In this document: piece by piece, positions 10,361-21,200 of the stretch
How positions within the stretch are numbered: the first letter of the stretch is position 1
How the letters are laid out: each line of letters starts with the position of its first letter
Source of the DNA: Fimbriimonadia bacterium
Lineage (GTDB): Bacteria > Armatimonadota > Fimbriimonadia > Fimbriimonadales > JABRVX01
NCBI GenBank assembly: GCA_041483895.1
Contig: JBGPGO010000008.1
Span: 32,001 to 96,000, forward strand
Direction of reading: 5' to 3'
DNA length: 64,000 nucleotides
The notes under the pieces: model-generated
The model's input: the letters and a program-made list of their open reading frames with translations, nothing else
Databases searched by the model: none
What the model was told of the DNA's origin: nothing
Made by a program: the position numbers and the translations under genes

Positions 10361-11218
10361 TCAGGCGGCCTTTTCCTTCACGAATTCTTCCATCTCGCTG
10401 AAGCCCGGCCGGATGAGCGGCTCAATGTTGCGCCGTGCAAACTCGCAGCATGTCATCGGCGCCTCACCCCGGCCGAATGAGATCAGCGCGTTCTTGATGG
10501 CGTTCATGTATGCGTGTTCCCCTTCAACCCGGCCCTTCATCGCGGTGGACAACGGTCCAAAAACGCCGTAGGCCATGAGGACTCCCAGGAATGTTCCGAC
10601 GAGCGCCGCGGCGACGTGATGGCCGATCTCGGCCGGGCTGCCGCCGATCGATCCCATCGTGATGACGACCCCAAGGACGGCGGCAACGATTCCAAATCCA
10701 GGCATGGCATCGCCGACTCCTTGCATCAGCGTGGGGATATCCATTTCTTCTTTGTGGGAAGCCTCCAAATCGCTATCCATCATGTCGGAGAGGTCCATGG
10801 GCGACACGGTGCCCGTGAGAATGACCTTTAGGGTATCGCACAAAAAGTGGACGGCGTGAGGGTTGTTTGCAAAGGTCGGATATTTCTGAAAGATTTCGCT
10901 CTCCGCAGGTCGCTCGACGTGGCCTTCCAACGCGAGCAGCCCCTCTCGCCGAGACAGGTTGAATAGCTGGTACATCATTTTCAATAGCTCTTTGTAGGCG
11001 ACCTTGGTGTACAAATCCGGCTTGAGGAGGCCCATGATCTCTTTGAGAACTTCGCCGATTACACCGACGCCGTGGCTGACAATCATGGAACCGATGCCCG
11101 CTCCGCCTATCACAATGAACTCGGATATCTGCATTAATACGGCAATCTGCCCGCCAGCCATGATGAAGCCGCCGAGTATCGCACCCATAAGAACCACGAC
11201 ACCGATAATTAGTTGCAT
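10361..11218 (-). CDS. motA: Flagellar motor stator protein MotA
   Basis: RREGLLALEGHVE, AMPGFGIVAAVLG, AALVGTFLG. Start placed at MQLIIG (11218). Confidence 0.95.
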   Translation of the reverse strand: MQLIIGVVVLMGAILGGFIMAGGQIAVLMQISEFIVIGGAGIGSMIVSHGVGVIGEVLKEIMGLLKPDLYTKVAYKELLKMMYQLFNLSRREGLLALEGHVERPAESEIFQKYPTFANNPHAVHFLCDTLKVILTGTVSPMDLSDMMDSDLEASHKEEMDIPTLMQGVGDAMPGFGIVAAVLGVVITMGSIGGSPAEIGHHVAAALVGTFLGVLMAYGVFGPLSTAMKGRVEGEHAYMNAIKNALISFGRGEAPMTCCEFARRNIEPLIRPGFSEMEEFVKEKAA

Positions 11219-11286
11219 TCCGCCTGGTATCTCCGCTGTATGGTAATTCCACAGACCCCGGCCGAAACCCCTGAGAATAGTGATAG

Positions 11287-11335
11287 GGAGCGCCGGCATC
11301 TTGCCGGCTCAATGCCGCCTGGAAGGCAGCGTTCC
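11287..11335. repeat. Family F REP-like doublet (GGAGCGCCGGCATCTTGCCGGC plus inverted copy)
   Basis: Related to the copies at 15260-15320 and 37252-37274. Confidence 0.75.
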
Positions 11336-11389
11336 GTTTCGGTGCAAGGTAAACTGGAAGCATCGATCAAACGAAGGGGAATGTAAGTT

Positions 11390-12568
11390 TTGGTACCAAG
11401 CAGCAAGCGGCTCGATCAGATACCGCCGTACCTTTTCGCGGAGATGGCCAGGATCAAGGCAGAGGCCGTCAAGGCGGGCAAGGACGTGATCGATCTTGGG
11501 ATCGGCGACCCGGATCAGCCTACCCCGCCCGAAATCATCGAGGCATTGTACAAGTTTTCAAAGGAAAGTTACACCCATCGATACGACGAGAGCCCGCGCG
11601 GCGTCCCGGAATTCTTGTCCGCCGCCGCCGACTGGTTCCGGCAAAAATATGGGGTATCGCTCGACCCATCGCAAAACCTGCTGCTGCTCATCGGCTCCAA
11701 GGAGGGACTTGGCCATCTCTGCTGGGCCTATTGCGATCCCGGCGACGTGGTCATCGTGCCGCAGCCGGGCTATACGGTGTACAAAGTGAACGCTTTGATG
11801 GCCGGCGCGGAAGTGTATGAGGCGCCGCTAACGGAGGACAATCGGTTTCTGCTCGACTTCGATGCCATTCCCGACCATGTCGCCCGCCGCGCAAAGCTGC
11901 TGTTCATCTGCTACCCGAACAACCCGACAGCAGCCGTTGCATCCATCGATTACTTTCAAAAGGCTCTCGATTTTTGCGACCGTCATAGCATTATTCTCGT
12001 CAACGACGCCGCGTATGCGCAGGTCTGTTACGATGGATTCGTGCACCCGAGCTTGCTGCAGGTCCCCGGCGCTGTTGACCGTGCCATCGAATTTCATTCG
12101 CTTTCCAAAATGTTCAACATGACCGGGTGGCGTCTCGGGTTTGCGGCCGGCAGCCCGGAGGGTATCAGCGCCCTTGCGAAGTTGAAGTCCAATATCGATA
12201 GCAAGCAGTTCATGGCGATTGCGCTGGCCGGGGCGCACGCGCTGCGACATGTGAGCAACCAGAAGACTTTCGATCTGTATCAGCGGCGGCGTGACATTCT
12301 GGTGAGCGGTCTGCGGCGGCTGGGATGGATGGTTCCAAACCCGCAGGCGACATTTTACATTTGGGCGCCGGTGCCGAAAGGTTACGATTCGATGCGGTTT
12401 TCCAAAGAGATTCTGGAAAAGACGGACATCGTGCTCATTCCCGGCGTCGGTTATGGCCAGGTCGGGGATGGCTATGTTAGAATGTCTTTAACCCTTTCCG
12501 GCGATAAGAACGGCGAGCGATTGGCGGAGGCCGTCAGCCGGATCGAGGCATGCGGTTTTCAATTCTAA
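11390..12568 (+). CDS. dapL: Class I/II PLP aminotransferase, LL-diaminopimelate aminotransferase-like
   Basis: RLDQIPPYLFA, IDLGIGDPD, YPNNPT, EFHSLSKMFNMTGWRLG. Confidence 0.8.
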   Translation: MVPSSKRLDQIPPYLFAEMARIKAEAVKAGKDVIDLGIGDPDQPTPPEIIEALYKFSKESYTHRYDESPRGVPEFLSAAADWFRQKYGVSLDPSQNLLLLIGSKEGLGHLCWAYCDPGDVVIVPQPGYTVYKVNALMAGAEVYEAPLTEDNRFLLDFDAIPDHVARRAKLLFICYPNNPTAAVASIDYFQKALDFCDRHSIILVNDAAYAQVCYDGFVHPSLLQVPGAVDRAIEFHSLSKMFNMTGWRLGFAAGSPEGISALAKLKSNIDSKQFMAIALAGAHALRHVSNQKTFDLYQRRRDILVSGLRRLGWMVPNPQATFYIWAPVPKGYDSMRFSKEILEKTDIVLIPGVGYGQVGDGYVRMSLTLSGDKNGERLAEAVSRIEACGFQF

Positions 12569-13843
12569 ATGTCGAAACAGACGACTACACACAGCGTAGT
12601 TCTCCCCGCGGAGCGAGTGGTTCTGGTCTATGTCAATACGGAGCCGCACGAGGATTCGTACGTCGAGAATGAGCTCCGTTCCTTGGTCGATACGGTGGGG
12701 TATGAGGTGGTAGGCGAATTGCGGCAGCGCCGCGACCATCCGGATTCGCGCACCTACTTGGGAGAAGGGAAGGCGCAGGAACTCGGCGAGTTGGTGAAAT
12801 TCGAAAACGCCGACAGCGTGATCATCGACGCGGAGATATCAGCGCGCCAGCAACACAACTTAGAAGGGGCCGTCGGATGCTCGGTGGGGGATCGGCCGCA
12901 ACTGATTCTTGACATCTTTGCACAGAGGGCGCACACAGCGGAAGGGATGTTGCAGGTCGAACTGGCGCGGCACACCTATTGGCTTCCGCGTTTGATGAGC
13001 CGGTACACGAAGTTCGAGCGGCAGCGCGGCGGAACCGGAGCGCGTGGCGGACAGGGCGAGCAGCAGCTAGAATCCGATAAACGAAGATTTAAAGATCGCA
13101 TCGCCCAACTCTCGGGCGAGCTGGCAGACCTGCGCCGCAAGCGCAGCCAGCAGCGGGAGAGTCGGCGAAAATACCCATTCCCGTTTGCCGCAATCGTGGG
13201 TTACACGAGCGCTGGAAAGTCCACGCTGCTAAACACGCTCAGCGGTTCCCAGATTCACACCGACAAGGCTTTGTTTTCCACGCTCGATCCGACAACCAGG
13301 CGGGTAGCACTTCCCGACGGATATTCCGTGTTTGTGACCGACACGGTTGGGTTCCTTCGAAACCTGCCGACCCAGCTCATCGCGGCGTTCCGGGCGACGT
13401 TGGAGGAGGTGACGGACGCGGATTTTCTTGTTCATGTGATCGACGTGAGCCATCCGTTTTGGGAAATGCAGCGCGACTCCGTGTTCGACACCCTCAACGA
13501 GTTGAAGGCCGGTGGAAAGCCGATGGTCACGATCTTCAACAAGTGCGATCTGATTCACGATCAGCATCTTCTCAATGAGTTGGTGGCGCAGACACCCAAC
13601 TCCGCCTATATCTCGGCGCAACATGCGGTTGGGATCAACTATCTCACCGATCGGCTGGTTGCGACGCTGCGTTCGCTGTTGACGGAGGTGCGGGCGTTAA
13701 TTCCGTATTCACACAGCGGCATGGTTTCTGAGTGCTATGAGCTCGGGCGCGTCTTGGATGCGGAGTATGTGGAAGAGGGCATTCTGATGCATGCCGAGGT
13801 CGTGTCCGAGATGGCCGCGCGGCTTGCGCCGTTCCTTCAATAA
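12569..13843 (+). CDS. hflX: GTPase HflX
   Basis: LILDIFAQRA, GYTSAGKSTL, LFSTLDPT, TDTVGF, NKCD. Confidence 0.96.
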   Translation: MSKQTTTHSVVLPAERVVLVYVNTEPHEDSYVENELRSLVDTVGYEVVGELRQRRDHPDSRTYLGEGKAQELGELVKFENADSVIIDAEISARQQHNLEGAVGCSVGDRPQLILDIFAQRAHTAEGMLQVELARHTYWLPRLMSRYTKFERQRGGTGARGGQGEQQLESDKRRFKDRIAQLSGELADLRRKRSQQRESRRKYPFPFAAIVGYTSAGKSTLLNTLSGSQIHTDKALFSTLDPTTRRVALPDGYSVFVTDTVGFLRNLPTQLIAAFRATLEEVTDADFLVHVIDVSHPFWEMQRDSVFDTLNELKAGGKPMVTIFNKCDLIHDQHLLNELVAQTPNSAYISAQHAVGINYLTDRLVATLRSLLTEVRALIPYSHSGMVSECYELGRVLDAEYVEEGILMHAEVVSEMAARLAPFLQ

Positions 13844-13844
13844 A

Positions 13845-14648
13845 GTGGCAACCTGGCAGGCGCTTCTTTCTCAATCGCCCATCGACCGTCGAGAGTCTGA
13901 GATGCTGGCAGGGGCCGTGTTGGGTCGCGACCGGGCATGGCTGCTGGCACATGACGATGATATTGCGACCCCGGATGCGGAGGCTCAATTTCGGTCATGG
14001 ATCCGTCGGCGATCCTCTGGCGAGCCGATCCCCTATGTCACGGGACACAAGGAGTTTTTTGGTCTCGATATCGAGGTAACTCCATCTGTCTTGATTCCAA
14101 GGCCGGAAACGGAATTCGTAGTGGAGCGATTTCTTGCCATCGAGTCGTCGTTGCCACCTGGTCCGGTCGTCGATGTCGGCACGGGGAGCGGATGTATTTT
14201 GGCGGCGGCGCTTTCCCATAGCAATCGGTTTGGGATTGGGGTGGAGAGCGAGAGGGAAGCATTGACGGTTGCGGTTAGGAACTGGTCGCGGCTTGACATT
14301 CGTGCGCGTCCGGTACTGGGGGACCTTCTTACCGGATTCCGTCCCAATTCCGTGGCTGCGGTATTGTCGAACCCTCCATATATCGCCGGTAACGATCCCA
14401 ATTTGGATCCCGCCGTAGCCGAATTTGAACCCAGCCGGGCACTCTTTGCGGGTGCGGACGGAATGGATGTAGTTCGCCAACTTGCCCAACAGTCGTCTTC
14501 AATATTGCTTCCCGGCGGAGTACTCGTTATGGAGTTTGGGTTTGGACAAAAGGCGGAAGTTGTGCGCTGTTTGGCAGGTTGGGACCAGGTTACGGTCACG
14601 AATGACCTTGCAGGGATTCCTCGAGTCGTTGTCGCACACAGACCCTAA
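13845..14648 (+). CDS. prmC: Release factor glutamine methyltransferase
   Basis: GEPIPYVTG, VLIPRPETE, DVGTGSG, SNPPYI. GTG start at 13845 after the hflX stop. Confidence 0.95.
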   Translation: MATWQALLSQSPIDRRESEMLAGAVLGRDRAWLLAHDDDIATPDAEAQFRSWIRRRSSGEPIPYVTGHKEFFGLDIEVTPSVLIPRPETEFVVERFLAIESSLPPGPVVDVGTGSGCILAAALSHSNRFGIGVESEREALTVAVRNWSRLDIRARPVLGDLLTGFRPNSVAAVLSNPPYIAGNDPNLDPAVAEFEPSRALFAGADGMDVVRQLAQQSSSILLPGGVLVMEFGFGQKAEVVRCLAGWDQVTVTNDLAGIPRVVVAHRP

Positions 14649-14651
14649 CGG

Positions 14652-15227
14652 TCATCGGCTTTTTTCGGCGGGCTTTTTGGCCAGCGATTCGCTGCATGCA
14701 AATGTATCGAGCCAGCGGCGCCGGCCTTCCAATAACTCCAAAAGGTTGCTGAACGCGGCCCCAAGATACGGATCGTGCTCAGTCTCCGAGCGCGCCCGGC
14801 CGATCTCCTTCACGTAATCGATATATTTCTCGTTGGACTCGACCCATCTTTGAACCGTCTCCACTCGTTCTTTCGGAGCAAGCATTCGCAGCATCAATGT
14901 CCGAGATCGCAGCGGGTCGGAGAGCATGCCAAGGTCTTCTTCGGGCGGCACAGCCGTGAGCCATGCGTGAAGTTCTTTGACGCCTGTATCGGAAATGTGA
15001 TAGATAGTCCGGGCCCGGCCATTGTCGGATTGGTCTGTTGTGACTTGCAGATATCCACCGGACTGCAGGCGACGCAACGCGGGATAGACAGCGCCCGTGC
15101 TGCCGCTCCACCGCGACGCGCGGGTCTTCAAAATCAACTGTCGAATGCTGTATCCCGTGTTGTAGCCTCGATAAACGGCCCCCAAAAGGATGAAATCAAA
15201 CTCCGCCAGCGCTTGCCTTTTTGGCAT
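14652..15227 (-). CDS. PadR family transcriptional regulator
   Basis: TGYSI, STGAVYPALRRL, RARTIYHISDTG. Start placed at ATG 15227, 6 nt after TACAAT. Confidence 0.88.
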   Translation of the reverse strand: MPKRQALAEFDFILLGAVYRGYNTGYSIRQLILKTRASRWSGSTGAVYPALRRLQSGGYLQVTTDQSDNGRARTIYHISDTGVKELHAWLTAVPPEEDLGMLSDPLRSRTLMLRMLAPKERVETVQRWVESNEKYIDYVKEIGRARSETEHDPYLGAAFSNLLELLEGRRRWLDTFACSESLAKKPAEKSR

Positions 15228-15259
15228 GCTCCTATTGTACCGGATAGGACGAATCGCAC

Positions 15260-15320
15260 TGTAACGCTGGCTTCCAGCCGGCACAAGACTTCAAATTGCC
15301 GGCTGGAAGCCAGCGTTACA
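15260..15320. repeat. Family F REPIN-like perfect 24-bp inverted repeat
   Basis: TGTAACGCTGGCTTCCAGCCGGCA-N13-TGCCGGCTGGAAGCCAGCGTTACA. Confidence 0.9.
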
Positions 15321-15324
15321 AACA

Positions 15325-15350
15325 GAGAACCCCGGCGAACCGGGGTTCTC
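15325..15350 (-). terminator. Intrinsic terminator for the 15383 gene
   Basis: GAGAACCCCGG stem of 11 bp with TTCG loop on the minus strand, followed by TGTTT. Confidence 0.7.
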
Positions 15351-15382
15351 AGAGGTCCATGCGTCAGTGAATGTAGAAAGAT

Positions 15383-16153
15383 CTATCTTCCGCCGCCACC
15401 GGGACCGGGCGCTCCGCCGCCGCCAACGCGGGCCGGAGGCGCCGGAAACTTGAACGCTTTGCCCTGAAGCTCCTTGAACTTGGTCTTCTGGGCTGAGGTG
15501 AGCTCGGCTTCGACCTTCGCGGCCATCGCCTTGCGCATCTCTTGCATCTTCTGCATCATCGCAGTACGATCGCCCTGAGCGTCCTGCCTGGCCTGCTGCA
15601 TATCCTGCATCGCGTCCTGCATCACGCCGCGCATCTTATCGAGCTGGTCGGCGGTCACTCCCAGTTCCTTCTGAAGCTTCTCATCATTAAGGATCATCAT
15701 CGCGCCGGCCTGTTGAATGGTCAACTCGCGAAGCCGCTTCTGCTGGTCGGCATTGAGCACTTCGTCGATCTTCTTCTGGACATCCGCGAAACCAGCGCCC
15801 CTGGCCGCTACGCCCTGCGGAGGGCCGCCGGCGCCCGGCTGGTCGCCCGGCTGTACGTTGCCGCCGCCGCCACCGCCGGCGCCACGATTACCCCGGTTGC
15901 CTCGGGCTGCTTGGGCTTCTTCAAGGATCCTGGTGATCTTTGCATCCTGATCCGCCGTGAGCTTTAATTCCTTCTTGACTTCCGCCAGGCCAAGAAGCAT
16001 GGCGCCGCCGCCGCCAAAACCTCTCTGGCCAATGCCCTGACCTCGCTGGCCGATGCCGCGCCCGCCGCCACCGCCGGGATTTTGGGCCAACAGGGTTCCA
16101 CTGATAAGAACCGAAACGGCGATCACTGTGAACGCACGAATCGAAATTTTCAT
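15383..16153 (-). CDS. Secreted Spy/CpxP-like helical repeat protein
   Basis: Signal peptide, ELKLTADQ/LNADQQKRL/LTSAQK repeats and Gly-rich linkers. SD GGAGGT before ATG 16153. Confidence 0.7.
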   Translation of the reverse strand: MKISIRAFTVIAVSVLISGTLLAQNPGGGGGRGIGQRGQGIGQRGFGGGGAMLLGLAEVKKELKLTADQDAKITRILEEAQAARGNRGNRGAGGGGGGNVQPGDQPGAGGPPQGVAARGAGFADVQKKIDEVLNADQQKRLRELTIQQAGAMMILNDEKLQKELGVTADQLDKMRGVMQDAMQDMQQARQDAQGDRTAMMQKMQEMRKAMAAKVEAELTSAQKTKFKELQGKAFKFPAPPARVGGGGAPGPGGGGR

Positions 16154-16232
16154 CTTCCACCTCCGATGGGATTCGAGCGAATAGACGCTGGCGGACACCG
16201 AAAGTTCACCAGTCGTCTGCCTGGCAAAAATA

Positions 16233-17465
16233 CTAGAAGTTAAAAAGCTTGCCGACCAGTTTGATCATGTTCAGTTTTTGGCCCGGATTGAGGATGCCCA
16301 GCACCATCTTGCCGATATCCAGTCCACCACTTTTCAGGTCGATTCCCAGAGACTTGGTAATGCCGCCGATCAGCGTCTCCATCGCGCCCTGCTTGACGTT
16401 TTTGAGGGACTGGAGCGCGCCGCCGTACTTTTCCATCAGCTCCCCTACCTGCTGCTGCTGTTGAGGCGACAGCTTTAGGGCTTGCCGGAGACCCATGTTG
16501 AGCAGGAGCGCCTTCGGCCCGCCTTGGTATTGGAGCGCGAGCTGTTGAAGACGATCGAGCTGCTTGCCCTTCAGGCCGCCGATGGCTTCCTGCGCGGCGG
16601 TCGTCTTGAGCGCCAGCATCGCTTCCGGATTGTTCAAACCCTTCGTCCCGGCATCCACCACGAACTTGTTAAAGATGCCTTTGAGCTTGGCTTGCTGGTC
16701 TTTGGAAAGACCGAGCTCCTTGGCGACCTTGGGATTGGTGCCGAGCGCGACGGTGCTGAGTGCGCTGTCCGCGACGGATCCGGGCTGTGGCGGTTCGGGC
16801 GATGGTGGGGGAGGTTGGGGGTCTGAAATCGATTCTGTGGTGATGCCGGCGTTTGTGAAGTCGAACGGCTTACCTTGCAGGTCTGCAAACTTTTGCGCTT
16901 GATCGGGTGTGAGGACGCCGAGGATTGCGGCGTTAATTCGCGTCGTTGCTTCCCGCTCGATCGCCTCGATGGACGCCTTGTCATTGGTCTTCGCCAGCTC
17001 CCCTTCAACCGAACGGAACTGGGACCAGTTGGCCTCAACCGCCGATTCCATTTGAATCTGTTGTTCGGGGGTGACGCCGACCTTGGCCCGCACGTCGGGG
17101 TCGCCAATCAGCGCTTCGGGCCCCCGGAATTGCAGCGCCAGCTCCTTTGCCCGCTGGAGCTGCTGCGGGTTGAGGGATTTGATCAGCGCGGTTGCGGTTT
17201 TGCCTACGATGATGATATGTGCCGTGGAGTCATCTTTGGGGGCGGCCGTGAAATCTGTTTTTAGCGTTTTGAGGGAGGCTTCGAGCTGTTTCTTTTGGTC
17301 CTTGCTCAGATTCAGTTCTTTTTGAACCGGCGGCCTCATGGTGATGGCCAGGATCGTGACTGCTGTCCTCAGCTTCCGCACGATCGACGTGTCTGTCCGT
17401 TCCGGTTGTTGCCCTAAGCTGGTGATCGCGACGGCGGCCGCGCCAATCCAACATGCGATTTTCAT
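16233..17465 (-). CDS. Secreted Spy/CpxP-like protein with duplicated module
   Basis: Two copies of the EL.LSKDQ...L.LQ..GP module separated by a Pro-rich linker. Paralogous to the adjacent gene. Confidence 0.7.
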   Translation of the reverse strand: MKIACWIGAAAVAITSLGQQPERTDTSIVRKLRTAVTILAITMRPPVQKELNLSKDQKKQLEASLKTLKTDFTAAPKDDSTAHIIIVGKTATALIKSLNPQQLQRAKELALQFRGPEALIGDPDVRAKVGVTPEQQIQMESAVEANWSQFRSVEGELAKTNDKASIEAIEREATTRINAAILGVLTPDQAQKFADLQGKPFDFTNAGITTESISDPQPPPPSPEPPQPGSVADSALSTVALGTNPKVAKELGLSKDQQAKLKGIFNKFVVDAGTKGLNNPEAMLALKTTAAQEAIGGLKGKQLDRLQQLALQYQGGPKALLLNMGLRQALKLSPQQQQQVGELMEKYGGALQSLKNVKQGAMETLIGGITKSLGIDLKSGGLDIGKMVLGILNPGQKLNMIKLVGKLFNF

Positions 17466-17495
17466 GAATGTCCCCCTTCGACCTGCTGGGGAATT

Positions 17496-18173
17496 CTACC
17501 GTCTGGTAGCCTGCCGCCGCGCGATGAATGCCAAAGGCAGTGCGAGGAGTGCGACGGTCGGTTCGGGAACTACCTGAAGATAATTGTCTGTTATGATCTC
17601 TGTCTTATAGCTGTTGCTGATTCGCCTCGTGGAGAGTCCTGTACCAGTGTCTCTGCCAATAAGGTCCCAATTCAGCACCTCGCCGACGCTGCCCGCCATT
17701 ACCGTGAACTTGAAGAAGTCTATGTCCTCATGTAACCGTTCTCCGCCATTTAGAAAGCCCACGATCGCTCTGCCGCATACGAACGGAGAAGTTGCGTCGG
17801 TCGGGTCATACGCGTTGTCATAGATCGGCCCATCGGACGGCTGCCAAGAAGCCTTGTAGATATAACCGGTTGTACCGATTCTGAAGCTCTTATTGCATTG
17901 TGCTCTGAAGGTATTCGCATCTTCATCTGAAATCATGGACTTGCCTTCTAGACAGATCAGCGTTTGCACTGTGTCCAATTTCTCTAACGTGCCGCCGTAG
18001 TCGAAAAATAGGTGAAGGCCGACGGTGTCCCCGGGTTTCGCGAGAAGCAGCCCTGCATTTTGGACCCCGGTCGTCAGGTTCTCGAAGTACAGCCTGGCTT
18101 TGTATGCGCCGAATGCCGAGACGCAAAACAAAGAGGCCAGGAAGCAGACTAAAATTCGGTGCCGGATAACCAT
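17496..18173 (-). CDS. PEP-CTERM sorting-domain protein
   Basis: Signal peptide and C-terminal VPEP + hydrophobic helix + RRQATRR. Confidence 0.88.
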   Translation of the reverse strand: MVIRHRILVCFLASLFCVSAFGAYKARLYFENLTTGVQNAGLLLAKPGDTVGLHLFFDYGGTLEKLDTVQTLICLEGKSMISDEDANTFRAQCNKSFRIGTTGYIYKASWQPSDGPIYDNAYDPTDATSPFVCGRAIVGFLNGGERLHEDIDFFKFTVMAGSVGEVLNWDLIGRDTGTGLSTRRISNSYKTEIITDNYLQVVPEPTVALLALPLAFIARRQATRR

Positions 18174-18275
18174 GATAACACCTCAAAAGTGCCATCATAT
18201 TCTACAGGATCGATGTTCGGTTGTCAAGCAGGGAAGGGGAACATTCGCATGGAACTCTTTCCGTGGAGGTGGCGG

Positions 18276-21200
18276 ATGAAATCGATCGTCGTGGGATTGG
18301 CAGTCATATTCGTGGAAATGGGATTCTCGCAAGTCGTTGTGAAGTTGCCCGAAAATCGGCCGGAGTGGCAGTTTGCGGTCAATGAGATCAAGGCAGCGGC
18401 GAAGGAGAAGCTGACGGTGGTTGCGTCCATCGCCAAGGGCGAACCGGAGAGCTTCCGGATCCGGACCGGCGGTGGACAAGTGATGGTTGATGGCGGGGAC
18501 GCGCGCGGTCTGATGTACGGCCTGCTCGATGTCGCCGAACAGCTTCGGGTCTTCCATAAGGTCAGCGGGAAGCAAGACAAGCCGTTTCTGAAATACCGCA
18601 TGCTCAAGTTCAATCCGCCATTGAAGGGAAACGTCTATCTGAGCGATGAGGACGCGGCCAACAGCGCGTGGTTCTTCGATCTTGATTATTGGGACGCATT
18701 CTTTAAGATGATGGCGAAGGCGCGCTACAATGTCATCAGCTTCTGGCACTCGCATCCCTTCGGCAACATGGTTACTCTGGCCAAATATCCCGAAGCCGCC
18801 TTGCTGCAAGGCGCGGAGATGGACAAAGCAAAGCAGTTCTACCACTCGCTCTTCCAACTCGCCCATGCGCACGGCATCGATGTCTATTGGATGACGTGGA
18901 ACATCCATGTGACGCCCGGTTTCGCAAAGGCGCACAGCGTCAAAGACGGCCAGGATTCGCCGCTCATTCGCGACTACGCAAAGGAGTGCATGCGCGAGAC
19001 TCTGCGCGAGTACCCTGAGATTGACGGATGGGGCACCTGTCCCGGCGAGGCGATGGGCTCGCTCGATGCCAATGGCCGAGAAGATTTCATACGCGAATGC
19101 ATCTTGGAGCCGATGCGGGAAACGGGACGCAAGATGCCGCTCATCCACCGCTATTGGGGCGCGGAGCCGCCCGCGCTCGCCAAAATGGTCTCCGATGCCA
19201 AGTATCCAGCGGACGTTTTGCTGGATATCAAATTCAATGGCGAGCACATGTACAGCTCCCCGAAGCCGCATGTTCAGGACCAGCGCTGGTTCAACCAAAG
19301 CCCCAAGCCGTACCAAATCCTTTGGCATTTGCGAAACGATGATCTGTATCAGTTCAACTGGGGCGATCCCGATTTTGCTTATGCGCTGATCAAGAACTGC
19401 GCCGGATCGGGCGGGTTCGTGATGGGGTCAGAGGTCGAGGTGCCCGGCGTGGACCGGTATCACACGAAAGAGACCGAATGGCACAAGACCTGGAAATACC
19501 AGTTCGAAAAGCACTGGTTCCGGTGGATGCTGTGGGGCCGCGCGGGCTACAACCCCAACATGGGCGAGGACGTTTGGCGGGGGATGTATCAGGCGAAATA
19601 CGGCAAAGAGATCGGGGCGAAGGTCTATGAGGCGACCAAGACCGCCAGCAAAATCATCCCGGCGGTTGAGCGATTCCACTGGGATTATATGAACGGGGAT
19701 TGGTACGCGGAAGGGAACATTGGCGGGTGGAACACGAGTGCGGAGATGCCGCGGCCCAACTTCCGCCGCAACCAGATGTGGCACGATTTGGACGGATACA
19801 TTTTTAACAACACGATTGACGAAGGGATGCTCTCGATACCGGAAATGGTCGGCGAGTCGACAGTGTCCGGCAAACTGCCGTCAGGACGCAAGACCGCCTT
19901 TGAGGTCGCAGCCGAGCTTGGGCAGTGGTCGGCGAAGGTTGACAGTTTGGCTCACGAGGCAGAGACATTGGCGATCGGCCCACGCGCCATGCCTCGCGAT
20001 GTGATTCTTCGACAGGCGAAAATGGAGAGCCTCGATTGTGACTTGATGGACCTTAGCGCCATCAGTAAGCTGGGCGATTTCTACGCCGAAAAGCTAAACG
20101 CCGCCGGCTCGGCAGGGCTGCTGCTTTTCGGTTTCAATCCAGATGTCCGCGATGTCGCCGTTACGATGGCGAAGCAGGCCGCCGATTCCTGGTCGCGACT
20201 TGCAGACATCGCCGACCGTCATTATCTCAAACACGAAGTCTGGCTAATGGGTCAGTTTTCCTGGGGCATGTATACTCCTTTCGTCCAACGAGACGTGGAG
20301 ATGGCGCTGTCCGTTGTGCCCATCCCCCGATCCGAGCGTGAATGGACGGTCGGCGGCAAGAAGTTGAAGACTGTCACGTGGCAACACGTGGGCGATCCGA
20401 TTAAAGACCAGTGGATCGACTTCATGAACGGCATCGCAGGCAAGGTCCGTCCAACCGCAGACACAGCCACGACCGAGATACAAGTTCCGGCGGGCCGTAC
20501 CGCAGCCGTCAAGTTTCTTGGCAAGGGTCTGATAGAAGCAAGCGCGCCCGGCGGTGTCAAGTTCGGGCCGGGGATGCCGGAAGCCGCAGTCGTGTCGCAA
20601 TCCGGAGTACTCACAGTCAAAGTCGACCCGAAAGAGGCGAAAGATGGGTTTACGATTCAAGTGATTCCGCAAGGCAGGCCCGACGATCAGATCATCCTGC
20701 CGGCAAAGGACGGCAAATTGACCGCTCCCTTCGCCCTGGAAGCGCCACAAGGCGGCCTGCACGGCCAATGCATCCTCGTGAAAAAAGGCGTTGGCCACGG
20801 CAAAGAGGGCTCCGCCGGACCGATCAAGGACAATGGTTGGGCGGACTTTTCTTTCACGACCAAATTGGCCACCAAGTACGAGGTCTGGGCGCGAGTCTGG
20901 TTCACCGACGACGACAGCAACTCATTTTTCCTAAAATTCGACGGCGGCGATCCGCAGATTTTAGCGAGCGAGGATTTCAATCGATGGGCATGGGTGATGC
21001 TCCCGGCGACGATGGAACTGAAGAATGGTAAGCATACGCTCCAGGTTAGGAACCGCGAGGACGGAGTGCGCCTCGATGAGATTCGACTGATCCCAATCGG
21101 CATGGACGCGCAGGCGCTGCTGCCAAAGACATTGCAAGAAAGGTTGGCAGTCTTGGGACCGAAGGGCGCGGCGGACAATCTCGCCGCCTACTTCCAAAAG

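Noticed and set aside
9507..11218. Zorya ZorAB defence system
   Set aside because: MotA is canonical length with no long tail, and there are no zorC/D/E neighbours.
15284..15296. tRNA-Sec suggested by GACTTCAAAT (UCA anticodon-like loop)
   Set aside because: It is the spacer of a simple 24-bp inverted repeat. There are no D or T arms and no acceptor stem.
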